Source of the DNA: an uncultured Bacteroidales bacterium
GTDB taxonomy: Bacteria > Bacteroidota > Bacteroidia > Bacteroidales > UBA932
Assembly: GCA_949296645.1 (NCBI GenBank)
Contig: CASFPH010000001.1
Coordinates: 10,299 to 74,298, forward strand
Length of the DNA: 64,000 bases
Direction of reading: 5' to 3'
Below are positions 36,901 to 46,335 of the stretch, piece by piece. Numbering within the stretch: position 1 is the stretch's first letter; each line of letters starts with the position of its first letter. Position numbers and translations under genes: made by a program. Below the pieces are notes generated by a model. It did not search any database and was not told the DNA's origin. It saw only the letters and a program-made list of their open reading frames with translations.

Positions 36901-37809
36901 TCAGTTATGCAACTTGATTCCGCCGTACATGCCTATTTTGGCATATCCGTCATTTTCGAAAGACACCTTCGCGGCATATACCAGATTGGCCCTTTCATTC
37001 GAGGTATAGATGGTCTTCGGCGTAAATTCGGATTTCTCTGAAATCCATGTTATCGTCCCCTGATATTCGGTCAGCTTGTCGCCTCCGTAATCCGCAAAAA
37101 CCGAAACCTTGTCTCCTACCTTTATGGAATGCAGCTGGTCTGATGTGAAATAGACTCTTATATACATGTTCCTCGTATCGGCAATCTTGAAAAGCGGTCT
37201 TCCCTCCGCAGCCAGTTCTCCGGCCTCGACATATCTGCTTATTATCCTGCCGCTTATAGGAGAACGAGGCATGCTTCTGGATATCCTGTCATTGATCTGC
37301 TGTATCTGTATATAGCTTGAAAGGCTCTCACCGGAAAGCGACTCGTTAGCAGAACTCAGATTCGCCTCCTGCGCTTCAAGCTGGCTCTCCAGAACGGAAA
37401 TCTGGGACTGAATATCGTCCACCTGCTTTTGAGAAACCGCACCCGAAGCAAGAAGAGACCTGTACCTGTCATACTCGTTTTTCATTGTAGACAATTGCTT
37501 TCTTGTGGCTGACATCTGCAGATCCACATCAACCATCCTCGAAGTGATGGCCTCATTCGCCGCCATTAGCTGCATTTTCGACAGATGGAGCTGCGTAGTA
37601 TCCACAAGACACAGTATATCACCTGAAGAAACATCTTCACCTTCCGAAAAATTCAAAGATTCTATACGTCCGGATGTCTCTGCGGAAACAGTCACCTCAA
37701 CGGCTTCAAAAATTCCCGTCGCGGAATAATCATGGGCACCGTCCCTGCACGACTGGAAAAAGGCAGGAAACAATAATGTGCAAACAATACAAATATCCGT
37801 TTTCTTCAT
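36901..37809 (-). CDS. HlyD-family periplasmic adaptor (YbhG-like)
   Basis: 302 aa. A lipoprotein-like start FFQSC, a lipoyl half, a coiled coil and a beta-barrel. Confidence 0.85.
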   Translation of the reverse strand: MKKTDICIVCTLLFPAFFQSCRDGAHDYSATGIFEAVEVTVSAETSGRIESLNFSEGEDVSSGDILCLVDTTQLHLSKMQLMAANEAITSRMVDVDLQMSATRKQLSTMKNEYDRYRSLLASGAVSQKQVDDIQSQISVLESQLEAQEANLSSANESLSGESLSSYIQIQQINDRISRSMPRSPISGRIISRYVEAGELAAEGRPLFKIADTRNMYIRVYFTSDQLHSIKVGDKVSVFADYGGDKLTEYQGTITWISEKSEFTPKTIYTSNERANLVYAAKVSFENDGYAKIGMYGGIKLHN

Positions 37810-37828
37810 AAAGATATTCCCTTGCTAA

Positions 37829-39154
37829 CTATTTGTTCAAAACATTTTTCACTGAGTATATTTCCTTCAGGAGCTCCATCTCATGCACTATGCGGTTCAG
37901 TTCCGCCTGATTCTCAAGATTTATATCCTGAAGCAGGTCCGACACGGAAATAATTCCCCTCTCTGCCTTTTTCTCTGAAGATTCTCGTACCGACCTTCTC
38001 AAGTCAATCAGTTCCACATCCTTGAGAATAACCTTCTCAAGCCTGTCTATCTCGGCATTGTGCGTATCGAAACGGGTCCTTGCATCAAATTCGAAAAGAT
38101 CCTTTTCCATGGCGATACTCCTGACAGCGTTATGGTTCATTATCCCCTTGACACGTTTAGAGTAGAAGAAATTGCTTATCGTCCACTGCATCCTGAAACC
38201 GAGTACTCCGTAAGGTCTGAAACCGTTATTGAGCATGTCATATCCGGGACGTCCGTATGCACCCTGCATGAAAAAGGAAAAGCTCGGAATTTTCCTCACA
38301 TCCACCTGCTGCAACTGAAAATCAGCCAGACGCTGCCTGGACTCGAAAAGTCTCATTTCGGGTCTGTCTTCAAGATCAAGGATTGAAGGTGCCTGCACTT
38401 TTCTCGGCACCTTCAGTTCCACATTTCCTATATCATAACCCACAAAAAGCGATATTCCCTTTCTGATCCTGACTCTTGCAGCCTGCAGTTCATCCATCTT
38501 CTGCTCCAGCTCTATCATGGATATGCGTATCAGATCAAGATCGGTTTTGGCTACGGTTCCTCTGGAATAACATGAATCCAGCATATCGAAGTTTATCTGC
38601 AACCTTTCCCGATTAAGTTCCAGTTGCCTTACGGAAGCTTCAAGCAGGATGTCCCCGAAATACAAATCGTTGATTTTATCCCTTATCGAATAAAGATCCC
38701 TCTCAAGTTCCCCGACCTTCACTTCGGCATCCGCCTCCGCAACCTTTCTCTTCAGTCTCGCATCGCCTCCGTCCCATATCATCTGATTGAAATCCAAAGC
38801 AACCTGATACTGGTCCCTGCTGAGCGGATCTATCTCCATAAACTGCATGGCCACATCCGGGAAAGTCACCACTTCGGTCTGATATGAAGCCTTGCCTGAA
38901 AGGACAATAGACGGAAGATATCCCCAGTCGGCCTTAAGAAGTTCCATCTCCTTGTTTTTGCCGATTATGTCATAACGTGCTATCATTGGATAGTTTTCCC
39001 TGGCAAGTTCATGCACGCGGTCCAATGTAAGGAACGGGTCACGCACAATTGCCGTGTCAGTCTGAGAAAAGACCTTCAGCGGGAATACCGCCATACAGCA
39101 TGCAAGGACCGATATTCTAATCATTGTTCTCACCATAAACGGATGCATTTTCAT
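37829..39154 (-). CDS. TolC-family outer membrane protein
   Basis: 441 aa (or 431 aa from the ATG at 39124). Signal peptide and repeated OEP halves. The 5' end overlaps the CNNM gene's 3' end. Confidence 0.85.
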   Translation of the reverse strand: MKMHPFMVRTMIRISVLACCMAVFPLKVFSQTDTAIVRDPFLTLDRVHELARENYPMIARYDIIGKNKEMELLKADWGYLPSIVLSGKASYQTEVVTFPDVAMQFMEIDPLSRDQYQVALDFNQMIWDGGDARLKRKVAEADAEVKVGELERDLYSIRDKINDLYFGDILLEASVRQLELNRERLQINFDMLDSCYSRGTVAKTDLDLIRISMIELEQKMDELQAARVRIRKGISLFVGYDIGNVELKVPRKVQAPSILDLEDRPEMRLFESRQRLADFQLQQVDVRKIPSFSFFMQGAYGRPGYDMLNNGFRPYGVLGFRMQWTISNFFYSKRVKGIMNHNAVRSIAMEKDLFEFDARTRFDTHNAEIDRLEKVILKDVELIDLRRSVRESSEKKAERGIISVSDLLQDINLENQAELNRIVHEMELLKEIYSVKNVLNK

Positions 39155-40433
39155 TTACTTTTGTCACCTCTATGTAATCTACCCTCCTGTTATCCATTCT
39201 GGTAACCTTCATCTTAAGGTTCCTGTATGCGAACTCATCACCTTCGGAAGGTATGGTACCAAGAAGATATGCCGTCATACCCCCCACCGTAGTGAAATCC
39301 TTCGATTTCAGATCATCATATTCGTCTATATCCATATTCTCCATGAAATCGTTGAGATTCATTGTTCCCTGTACGGAATATACGCTGTCCGAAATCTCCA
39401 CAATTTCAGGAACAGCCTCTTCATCTTCATCAAGTATATCTCCGAATATGCTTTCCGTAAGATCGTGCAAAGTAACTATACCCTCCATTCCTCCGTACTC
39501 GTCTACGACGATTCCGAATTTCTGCTTTTCCTTCTTGAATATTTCCAGAACCTTTCTCGCCGGAAGGGATTCAGGAATATAAAGAGGCTCCGTAATCACT
39601 GACCTTATGTCGAAATCCGCGTCTCCGGAAACCATACTCAGAATATTCTTTACGCTCACCACCCCCATAATCTCGTCAAGGGAATCATTGGCGATCACAG
39701 GATACTTGCTGTAATTGGCTTCCTCTATGATATCGAGCGCTTCCCTTTCCGTACTGTCCATCGCAATGCTCACCACATCTTTTCTCGGAGTCATGAGCTC
39801 ATTCGCCCTCATATCGGAAAAATCGAACACATCCTGTATCATTTCGGACTCTTCCTTGTCAAGAACTCCCTGTTCAGAACTCTCGTTAAGGATATCCATG
39901 ATCTCTTCCTGGGTCATTGCCCTGGATTCATCGGAATTTATGCCGAATACTGAAGATACAAGCTTTGTAAAAAATGACAGGACCACCGCAAAAGGCCAAA
40001 GAATGTAATATAACAGCATAACTGGATTGAACAGAGTCATTATCATGCTCTCAGGATGCGAGAAGTTCGCGGACTCGGTTATTCTCCGTCCGACCGCGTA
40101 AAGCAGGTATGCCACGATAGATACTACAAAAACGATAAGAAATTCATATATCATTTCGCCGTGCATATACCTGTCAAAAACATGTTCAAAAGCGCCAAGC
40201 AGCGAAAAGCCGCAGAAGGTACCTATGAAAATGGCAAGAAATGCCGATTCGGTCTTCAATCTGTCCACGAATTTCTCAGAAGTGTCGAGCATCCTCACAA
40301 TCTTTTCGGCCTTTTTTGAAGAACCGCGCGGGGAGGCCTCCACTTTTGAAGAGACTGAAGCCATGTATGCCGTTTCAAAGACGATAAGAAGGACATATAC
40401 TGCAATCAGAACAAATATTATAAAATAATCCAT
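39117..40433 (-). CDS. CNNM/CorC-family protein (DUF21, CBS pair, CorC_HlyC)
   Basis: 438 aa from the ATG at 40433. N-terminal TM domain, a CBS pair (ELMTPRKDV..YPVI..GVVSVKN) and a C-terminal transporter-associated domain. Confidence 0.85.
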   Translation of the reverse strand: MDYFIIFVLIAVYVLLIVFETAYMASVSSKVEASPRGSSKKAEKIVRMLDTSEKFVDRLKTESAFLAIFIGTFCGFSLLGAFEHVFDRYMHGEMIYEFLIVFVVSIVAYLLYAVGRRITESANFSHPESMIMTLFNPVMLLYYILWPFAVVLSFFTKLVSSVFGINSDESRAMTQEEIMDILNESSEQGVLDKEESEMIQDVFDFSDMRANELMTPRKDVVSIAMDSTEREALDIIEEANYSKYPVIANDSLDEIMGVVSVKNILSMVSGDADFDIRSVITEPLYIPESLPARKVLEIFKKEKQKFGIVVDEYGGMEGIVTLHDLTESIFGDILDEDEEAVPEIVEISDSVYSVQGTMNLNDFMENMDIDEYDDLKSKDFTTVGGMTAYLLGTIPSEGDEFAYRNLKMKVTRMDNRRVDYIEVTKVNENASVYGENND

Positions 40434-40456
40434 ATCGAAATCATATCTATATTCAG

Positions 40457-40464
40457 CAAATATA
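40457..40464 (-). promoter_or_regulatory. -7 box TATATTTG for the CNNM-led operon
   Basis: Plus-strand CAAATATA, 23 nt upstream of the ATG at 40433. Confidence 0.45.
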
Positions 40465-40528
40465 GCCAGAAAAGAGACACAAAATACGAGATTGATTGAT
40501 AACTTTATAAAATATTTTTCAGGAAAAC

Positions 40529-40554
40529 TGCAACATATGAAGCAAATGTACGTT
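40529..40554 (+). promoter_or_regulatory. candidate ECF-type promoter (AAC-N16-CGT)
   Basis: TGCAAC (40529-40534), a 16-nt spacer, then CGTT (40551-40554), 22 nt before the sigma-factor ATG. No TAnnTTTG box is present here. Motif-level evidence only. Confidence 0.25.
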
Positions 40555-40576
40555 TTCCTATAAAGACCGTTACAAA

Positions 40577-41089
40577 ATGCCATATCTGAAAGAGAAAGAA
40601 GCAAGGGAACTTTACCGCAAATTCGGACCTCCGATATTCAGAACAGCATTCAGAATTTTATGTACCGAGAAAGACGCGGAAGATGTGATGCAGAACTCGC
40701 TCATAAAATTCATTACTGGAAAAGTAAGGACGGAAAACGACAGGATGACCTACGGATGGCTGAGAAAAACCTGCATCAGGGAATGCATGGACATACTGAG
40801 AAAAAGAAACAGGATGACATTCATCGATGACGGGGAGAACACCGTCACATGCCGTAAAATGGAATCCGGACCGTTCGATATGGAAAGAAACGATATGATT
40901 CCACTGCTGTTGAAAGCTCTTTCATCAATGAAAGACGAATACAGGTTAATTTTAAATCTCCACCTGATTGAAGAGATGGGCTATAAGGAAATATCCGAAA
41001 TCCTGAATATCAGCGAAAGCGGTGTAAGAAGCAAATATATGCGGGCCAGACAAAAGCTTGCCGAACTTATTAAAAGTGAAATATCATGA
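40577..41089 (+). CDS. RNA polymerase ECF-type sigma-70 factor
   Basis: 170 aa. Region 2 (DAEDVMQNSLIKF) and a region 4 helix-turn-helix (GYKEISEILNISESGVRSKYMRARQKL). Confidence 0.88.
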   Translation: MPYLKEKEARELYRKFGPPIFRTAFRILCTEKDAEDVMQNSLIKFITGKVRTENDRMTYGWLRKTCIRECMDILRKRNRMTFIDDGENTVTCRKMESGPFDMERNDMIPLLLKALSSMKDEYRLILNLHLIEEMGYKEISEILNISESGVRSKYMRARQKLAELIKSEIS

Positions 41090-41607
41090 AAGACATTGAA
41101 AAATACATATCGGAAAACATTGAAAAAATCAGAGCCTGCGGTCCCTCCCCCGTACTCGGGGAAGAAGGCTTCATATCAAGGCTTGTCGAAGAAAACCGCA
41201 AAAGGCGCATTACATCAATAAGAAAAAATATACTGAAGTTAATAGCGTTTGCAGCATGTATTGCAGTAATGGCAATCCTTGTCAGCAGAAATGCAAATAC
41301 ACGGCAGCATGTGGAAAAATCTGAAATAATAACCAAGGAATATGAAAAAGTAATATCCGAGTTGAGGTCGGAAATAGAATCCTATGCCGATTTTCTTCCT
41401 GAAAATGCGGAAAGGAAACTGATGGGAACTGTAAGATCGGTAACTGAAACGACAGCGGAAATGGAAGGTTTCAGTGACCTGATCTCCGATGAGAGAAGAA
41501 ACGAAATAATTCTCAGAACATACATAAACAAAACAGAAGCACTCAAAAGAATAAGAAATGCCGTATCAAAAGCATACTATTCTGAAATGTCAACTAAAAA
41601 CATATAA
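41086..41607 (+). CDS. single-pass membrane protein, candidate anti-sigma factor
   Basis: 173 aa. ATGA overlap with the sigma gene and one TM (LIAFAACIAVMAILV). No zinc-finger HxxxCxxC motif. The call rests on position only. Confidence 0.45.
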   Translation: MKDIEKYISENIEKIRACGPSPVLGEEGFISRLVEENRKRRITSIRKNILKLIAFAACIAVMAILVSRNANTRQHVEKSEIITKEYEKVISELRSEIESYADFLPENAERKLMGTVRSVTETTAEMEGFSDLISDERRNEIILRTYINKTEALKRIRNAVSKAYYSEMSTKNI

Positions 41608-41611
41608 CATC

Positions 41612-42535
41612 ATGAAAAAAGCACTTTATCTTTTTGCAGCAGCCGTTTCGGCATTTGCACTGACTTTTCCAGCGATGGCCTGTTGCGCCCCGGACGGAGA
41701 CGAATGGAAATTCTCCAAAAAATTCGATGAAGGGAATTTTACGGAAATAATCGCATCCGGCAATTACGAAATAGAAGTAATCAAAGGCAACGGGTGTTCA
41801 GTAGAGGTATTCTATCAGTATGAGGAATCCGAACGCCTGATTGACGTAAAGAAAAAAGGAAACGCCATAGTACTGGGACTCACCGAAAATTCATTTCCAA
41901 AAAAACTTTGGAAAAAGGAAGACTACACAAAAATGAAAGTTATCATACATGTGAAGGATCTGATTTCCATAGACATGAGCGGTGCATGTTCACTGGACAG
42001 CAAAGACACGTTCGTAAGCGAGAATTTCTATATACAACTTAGCGGGGCAGCTGAACTCGATCATCTGAAAGTCGATGGCAAAACTTTGAGGGCAATATGC
42101 TCTGGAGCATCCGAACTTAGCCTTGAAAACAATCATGTAGACACGGACATCAAGATATCAGGATCATCCAATGTCGAAATGCTCACAAACAGCAGCAACT
42201 TCAGACTCGGCGCATCAGGTGCATGCGACATAGAGATAGAACTTACCGGAAACGACACATTGGAAGCTACTGCAAGCGGGGCCGTTTCGGTTGATCTAAG
42301 AGGAAAAGGCGAAGAAGCCACGATAAAGACATCAGGAGCTGCAGGATTCGATGCGACTGAATACACATGCCGTAAAGTGAAAGTCAACGGAAGCGGTGCA
42401 TCCGGAATAAAACTAAATGTGACATCACAACTTGACGTAACCCTTACCGGAGCATCATCACTTCGTTACAAGGGAACACCTGAAATAACGAATCTGTCAG
42501 TAAGCACAGGCAGCAGCTTTAAGAAAATTGAATAA
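41612..42535 (+). CDS. DUF2807 (head GIN domain) beta-helix protein, exported
   Basis: 307 aa from the ATG at 41612. A signal peptide, then repeated SGA(S/A)x(L/V/I) rungs (SGAAELD, SGASELS, SGSSNVE, SGACDIE, SGAVSVD, SGAAGFD, SGASGIK, GASSLRYKG). Confidence 0.75.
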   Translation: MKKALYLFAAAVSAFALTFPAMACCAPDGDEWKFSKKFDEGNFTEIIASGNYEIEVIKGNGCSVEVFYQYEESERLIDVKKKGNAIVLGLTENSFPKKLWKKEDYTKMKVIIHVKDLISIDMSGACSLDSKDTFVSENFYIQLSGAAELDHLKVDGKTLRAICSGASELSLENNHVDTDIKISGSSNVEMLTNSSNFRLGASGACDIEIELTGNDTLEATASGAVSVDLRGKGEEATIKTSGAAGFDATEYTCRKVKVNGSGASGIKLNVTSQLDVTLTGASSLRYKGTPEITNLSVSTGSSFKKIE

Positions 42536-42560
42536 TCCGTAACATACGGATTCTACGGCA

Positions 42561-42594
42561 CCGCCGCGGCAAGATACAGGACAGTCCGCGGCGG
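42561..42594. terminator. GC-rich hairpin between convergent genes
   Basis: A 9-bp stem CCGCCGCGG/CCGCGGCGG. No clear U-tract. Confidence 0.5.
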
Positions 42595-42601
42595 ACTTGC
42601 C

Positions 42602-43081
42602 TTACCCATGACGGAAACCTGACTCACAAATATACCTGCCCACAATTTCCGCCGCACATCCGACAAGATCGACACACGGTCTCTTCCTGTAATAGTCGTC
42701 ATTTCTCTCCGATGGCTCTGGATCCTGCCTGCGACATGAAAGGCCAAGCAGTTCCCTGCATATTATAGAACCGTTCTCAGTTCTGAACTCTTCTGCAAAT
42801 TTTTGAACCAGGGAATAGTTGCGTTTCTTCATTTCCCGGTCTACTGCATTTTCAAGAGGGCACAGCAGACCGGCAATCATAGTCATCCCGCTTACTGTCC
42901 CGCAAACCTCCCTGAGACGCCCCATTCCTCCTCCGAACGGTGCACTCAATATAGCGGCAGTTCTGCCATCCAGCCCGAAAATATCCGAATATGCAAGCAA
43001 AACAGACTGCGAACACGTATACCCGCTTTTAAAAAGGTCTTTTGCCTTTTCAACTCTTTCCTTTACTTCAAGAGAAGTCAT
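42602..43081 (-). CDS. C_GCAxxG_C_C family protein
   Basis: 159 aa from the ATG at 43081; the track start is a TTG. YTCSQSVLLAY .. GGGMGRLREVCGTVSG .. C-terminal Cys pair. Confidence 0.8.
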   Translation of the reverse strand: MTSLEVKERVEKAKDLFKSGYTCSQSVLLAYSDIFGLDGRTAAILSAPFGGGMGRLREVCGTVSGMTMIAGLLCPLENAVDREMKKRNYSLVQKFAEEFRTENGSIICRELLGLSCRRQDPEPSERNDDYYRKRPCVDLVGCAAEIVGRYICESGFRHG

Positions 43082-43124
43082 CTTTGTCAAATTTACAAGT
43101 TATCCATAAGTCCTGACCCGAAAC

Positions 43125-43162
43125 AAAAAAAAGAGAGAAACCAGCAATACTGGATTTCTCTC
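43125..43162 (-). terminator. rho-independent terminator after tRNA(CAT)
   Basis: On the minus strand, stem GAGAGAAATCCAG/CTGGTTTCTCTC (one bulge) is followed by T8. Confidence 0.7.
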
Positions 43163-43168
43163 ATCTTG

Positions 43169-43243
43169 TGGGCCCAACTGGGCTTGAACCAGTGACCCCC
43201 TGATTATGAGTCAGGTGCTACTAACCAACTGAGCTATGGGCCC
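43169..43243 (-). tRNA. tRNA with anticodon CAT (elongator Met or lysidine-type Ile2)
   Basis: 75 nt. Reverse complement reads GGGCCCATAGCTCAGTTGGTTAGTAGCACCTGACTCATAATCAGGGGGTCACTGGTTCAAGCCCAGTTGGGCCCA. It is not an initiator, since G1-C72 is paired. C4-G69 and C5-G68 are present. Confidence 0.9.
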
Positions 43244-43288
43244 TTTCACTATCCTTGCGACAGTGCATCATTTCTGATGATTGGATTG

Positions 43289-43296
43289 CAAAGATA
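43289..43296 (-). promoter_or_regulatory. -7 box TATCTTTG for tRNA(CAT)
   Basis: Plus-strand TGCAAAGATA at 43287-43296, 45 nt upstream of the tRNA 5' end. Confidence 0.5.
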
Positions 43297-43316
43297 GTAA
43301 TTTTTTTTTATCTGAC

Positions 43317-43350
43317 AAGGAAGATTCGCTTTTTTTTACGAATCTTCCTT
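43317..43350. terminator. 12-bp hairpin immediately after rpsJ
   Basis: AAGGAAGATTCG/CGAATCTTCCTT, 12 nt past the rpsJ stop. The T-tract is on the plus-strand side, so on the minus strand it is a non-canonical terminator. Confidence 0.5.
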
Positions 43351-43362
43351 ATTTTTTTAAAT

Positions 43363-43668
43363 TCAGACCTTGATTTCAACTTCTACTCCGCTTGGAAGTT
43401 CGAGCTTCATAAGGGCATCGACAGTTTTAGGTGTAGAACTGTAGATATCCAGAAGACGGCGGAAAGAATTCAGTTCGAACTGTTCGCGTGACTTCTTGTT
43501 AACGAAAGTTGAACGGTTTACAGTAAAGATCTTCTTGTCTGTAGGAAGCGGAATAGGACCACTTACGACAGCTCCTGTAGCCTTCACTGTTTTTACAATC
43601 TTGTCAGCTGATTTGTCGACCAGCATATGATCGTAAGACTTGAGTTTTATTCTTATCTTTTGGCTCAT
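43363..43668 (-). CDS. rpsJ: 30S ribosomal protein S10
   Basis: 101 aa. [29 protein letters not shown] is collinear with S10. Confidence 0.97.
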   Translation of the reverse strand: MSQKIRIKLKSYDHMLVDKSADKIVKTVKATGAVVSGPIPLPTDKKIFTVNRSTFVNKKSREQFELNSFRRLLDIYSSTPKTVDALMKLELPSGVEVEIKV

Positions 43669-43695
43669 ATCTTGTTTGAATTACCAATTTCAATA

Positions 43696-45816
43696 TTATT
43701 CATCTAAATCATCCAGTTTCTTGTTACCGGCCTTCTCAATTACCTCCTTGGCAAGAGCTGCAGGGAGTTCAGAGTAGTGTGAGAATTCCATGGAGCTGGT
43801 AGCCCTTCCTGAAGACAGCGTTCTGAGAACAGTAACATATCCGAACTGCTCTGAAAGCGGAACCTTTGCCTTCACGATTCTCGCATTGCCCTTTGAGTCC
43901 ATGCTGGTAATCTGACCGCGACGTTTGTTGAGGTCCCCGATTACATCACCCATGTACTCTTCCGGTGTCACTACCTCAAGCGCCATGATAGGCTCCATTA
44001 TAACCGGATTTGCCTTAGGAAGCGCATGACGGAATGCCTGTCTTGCACAGATTTCGAATGAAAGCTGGTCTGAATCGACAGGGTGGAATGAACCGTCCTT
44101 CAGGGTAACCTTCATGGATGGTACTTCGTATCCTGCAAGCACACCGTTTGCCATTGCCGACTTGAAACCCTTTTCAACTGACGGGATGAATTCCTTAGGA
44201 ATGTTACCGCCTTTCACTTCATCTATGAACTGAAGACCAGTAACACCTTCGTCAGCCGGTCCTATCTCAACGATAATGTCGGCAAACTTACCACGACCAC
44301 CTGTCTGCTTCTTGAACACCTCACGATGCTGGACAGTAGATGTGATGGCCTCTTTGTAGTTGACCTGAGGGGCACCCTGGTTGATTTCCACGTTGAATTC
44401 CCTTCTCAAGCGGTCTACAATAATTTCAAGGTGAAGTTCACCCATACCGCTGATAACTGTCTGACCGGTTTCATGGTCTGAACGTACGGTAAATGTAGGG
44501 TCTTCTTCCGCAAGTTTTCCAAGTGCTATTCCGAGTTTGTCAAGATCCTTCTGGGTCTTAGGCTCAACAGCAAGACCGATAACCGGATCAGGGAATGTCA
44601 TTGACTCCAGAACTATAGGATTGGACTCTACACAGATTGTATCGCCTGTTCTGAGTTCCTTGAACCCTACTGCGGCACAGATGTCTCCTGCCTCTACGAA
44701 TTCTATAGGATTCTGCTTGTTCGAGTGCATCTGATAGAGACGTGCAACACGTTCTTTCTTTCCAGAACGGGTATTAAGAACATATGAGCCTGCTTCCAGT
44801 TTGCCTGAATATGCCCTCAAAAATGCCAGACGGCCCACGAACGGGTCGGTTGCAATCTTGAATACCAACGCACAGAAAGGTTCCTTTATATTTGATTTTC
44901 TTGCCTCTTCCTCACCTGTATTTGGGTTAGTACCGATTACATCGCCCTTGTCAAGCGGAGAAGGCAGATAACGCATAACAGCATCGAGAAGGAACTGCAC
45001 ACCCTTGTTCTTGAAAGAAGTTCCGCAAGTTGCAGGAACGACTGCCATGTCTATGGTAGCCTTGCGGAGCGCAGATATGATTTCCTCTTCTGTTATTGAA
45101 TCAGGATCGTCGAAGAATTTTTCCATGATGGCATCGTCGTATTCAGCGATAGCCTCGATCAGTTTGCCTCTCCATTCTTCAACTTCAGCAACCATGTTTT
45201 CAGGGATTTCCCTGTATTCATAATTGACAAGTTCCTTGCTTTTGCTTTCTATATAATAGATCGCTTTTCTGGAAATAAGGTCTACTATACCTTCGAACTT
45301 GTCTTCGGCGCCTATGTTCAGAGCGATAGGAACTGCATTGGCTCCAAGTTTTTCCTTGATTTCCTCAACGACAGCAAGGAAGTCGGCACCGATACGGTCC
45401 ATCTTGTTTATATAGGCGATTTTTGGAACATGATACTTGTCAGCCTGACGCCAAACTGTTTCAGACTGCGGCTGAACACGTCCCACTGCACAGAATGTCG
45501 CAATTGTACCGTCAAGAACACGCAAAGATCTTTCAACCTCAACCGTAAAGTCCACGTGGCCCGGAGTATCGATAAGATTTATCTGATAAGTATCGCCATT
45601 ATAATGCCAGAATGCAGTTGTTGCAGCCGACGTAATGGTTATACCTCTCTCCTGCTCCTGAACCATCCAGTCCATAGTAGCTGCACCTTCATGCACTTCT
45701 CCTATCTTGTGGGTTTTACCGGTATAATACAGAATTCTTTCCGAGGTTGTCGTCTTACCGGCATCGATGTGCGCCATGATACCGATATTTCTAGTGAATT
45801 TTAAATCTCTTGCCAT
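43696..45816 (-). CDS. fusA: elongation factor G
   Basis: 706 aa with [28 protein letters not shown] and the full EF-G domains. Confidence 0.98.
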   Translation of the reverse strand: MARDLKFTRNIGIMAHIDAGKTTTSERILYYTGKTHKIGEVHEGAATMDWMVQEQERGITITSAATTAFWHYNGDTYQINLIDTPGHVDFTVEVERSLRVLDGTIATFCAVGRVQPQSETVWRQADKYHVPKIAYINKMDRIGADFLAVVEEIKEKLGANAVPIALNIGAEDKFEGIVDLISRKAIYYIESKSKELVNYEYREIPENMVAEVEEWRGKLIEAIAEYDDAIMEKFFDDPDSITEEEIISALRKATIDMAVVPATCGTSFKNKGVQFLLDAVMRYLPSPLDKGDVIGTNPNTGEEEARKSNIKEPFCALVFKIATDPFVGRLAFLRAYSGKLEAGSYVLNTRSGKKERVARLYQMHSNKQNPIEFVEAGDICAAVGFKELRTGDTICVESNPIVLESMTFPDPVIGLAVEPKTQKDLDKLGIALGKLAEEDPTFTVRSDHETGQTVISGMGELHLEIIVDRLRREFNVEINQGAPQVNYKEAITSTVQHREVFKKQTGGRGKFADIIVEIGPADEGVTGLQFIDEVKGGNIPKEFIPSVEKGFKSAMANGVLAGYEVPSMKVTLKDGSFHPVDSDQLSFEICARQAFRHALPKANPVIMEPIMALEVVTPEEYMGDVIGDLNKRRGQITSMDSKGNARIVKAKVPLSEQFGYVTVLRTLSSGRATSSMEFSHYSELPAALAKEVIEKAGNKKLDDLDE

Positions 45817-45829
45817 TGTCTGTCAGGTA

Positions 45830-46306
45830 CTAAAAACGGAAGTGGGCAAATGCCTTGTTGGCTTCTGCCATCTTATGCATATCTTCTTTTCTCTTGAAGG
45901 CAGCACCTTCATTGTTATAAGCCGCAATTATCTCAGCAGCCAACTTTTCTGCCATCGAACGACCGGAACGCTTGCGTGAGAAGAGAATCATGTTCTTCAT
46001 ACTCAAAGAAATCTTTCTTTCCGGACGTACCTCCATAGGCACTTGGAAGTTTGCACCGCCGACCCTGCGACTTTTCACCTCAACCTGCGGAGTGACATTT
46101 TCCAATGCCTTCTTCCAAATATCGAGAGGTGCCTTCTCAGAATCTTTCATCTTCTCGCCTACGATGTCGATAGCATCATAAAAGATAGAATAAGCGATAC
46201 TCTTCTTCCCCTGTAACATTAGATTATTCACGAAACGTGTCACCAACACATCTCCGAATTTCGGATCAGGAAGTAGAATCCTCTTTTTAGGCTTCGATTT
46301 TCTCAT
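45830..46306 (-). CDS. rpsG: 30S ribosomal protein S7
   Basis: 158 aa with the S7 hallmark blocks. Confidence 0.97.
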   Translation of the reverse strand: MRKSKPKKRILLPDPKFGDVLVTRFVNNLMLQGKKSIAYSIFYDAIDIVGEKMKDSEKAPLDIWKKALENVTPQVEVKSRRVGGANFQVPMEVRPERKISLSMKNMILFSRKRSGRSMAEKLAAEIIAAYNNEGAAFKRKEDMHKMAEANKAFAHFRF

Positions 46307-46335
46307 TTTTCTTCAGTTAAAAATTAATTAAACAA

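Noticed and set aside
33034-42535. Possible genomic island (efflux operon plus ECF module) next to tRNA(CAT).
   Set aside because: No integrase, transposase or relaxase, and I could see no direct repeat of the tRNA 3' end. The gene content is ordinary housekeeping and envelope functions.
43317-43350. The hairpin after rpsJ read as a plus-strand terminator, since it is followed by T7 on the plus strand.
   Set aside because: No plus-strand gene ends upstream of it. It is more simply the end of the minus-strand rpsJ transcript or a bidirectional insulator.
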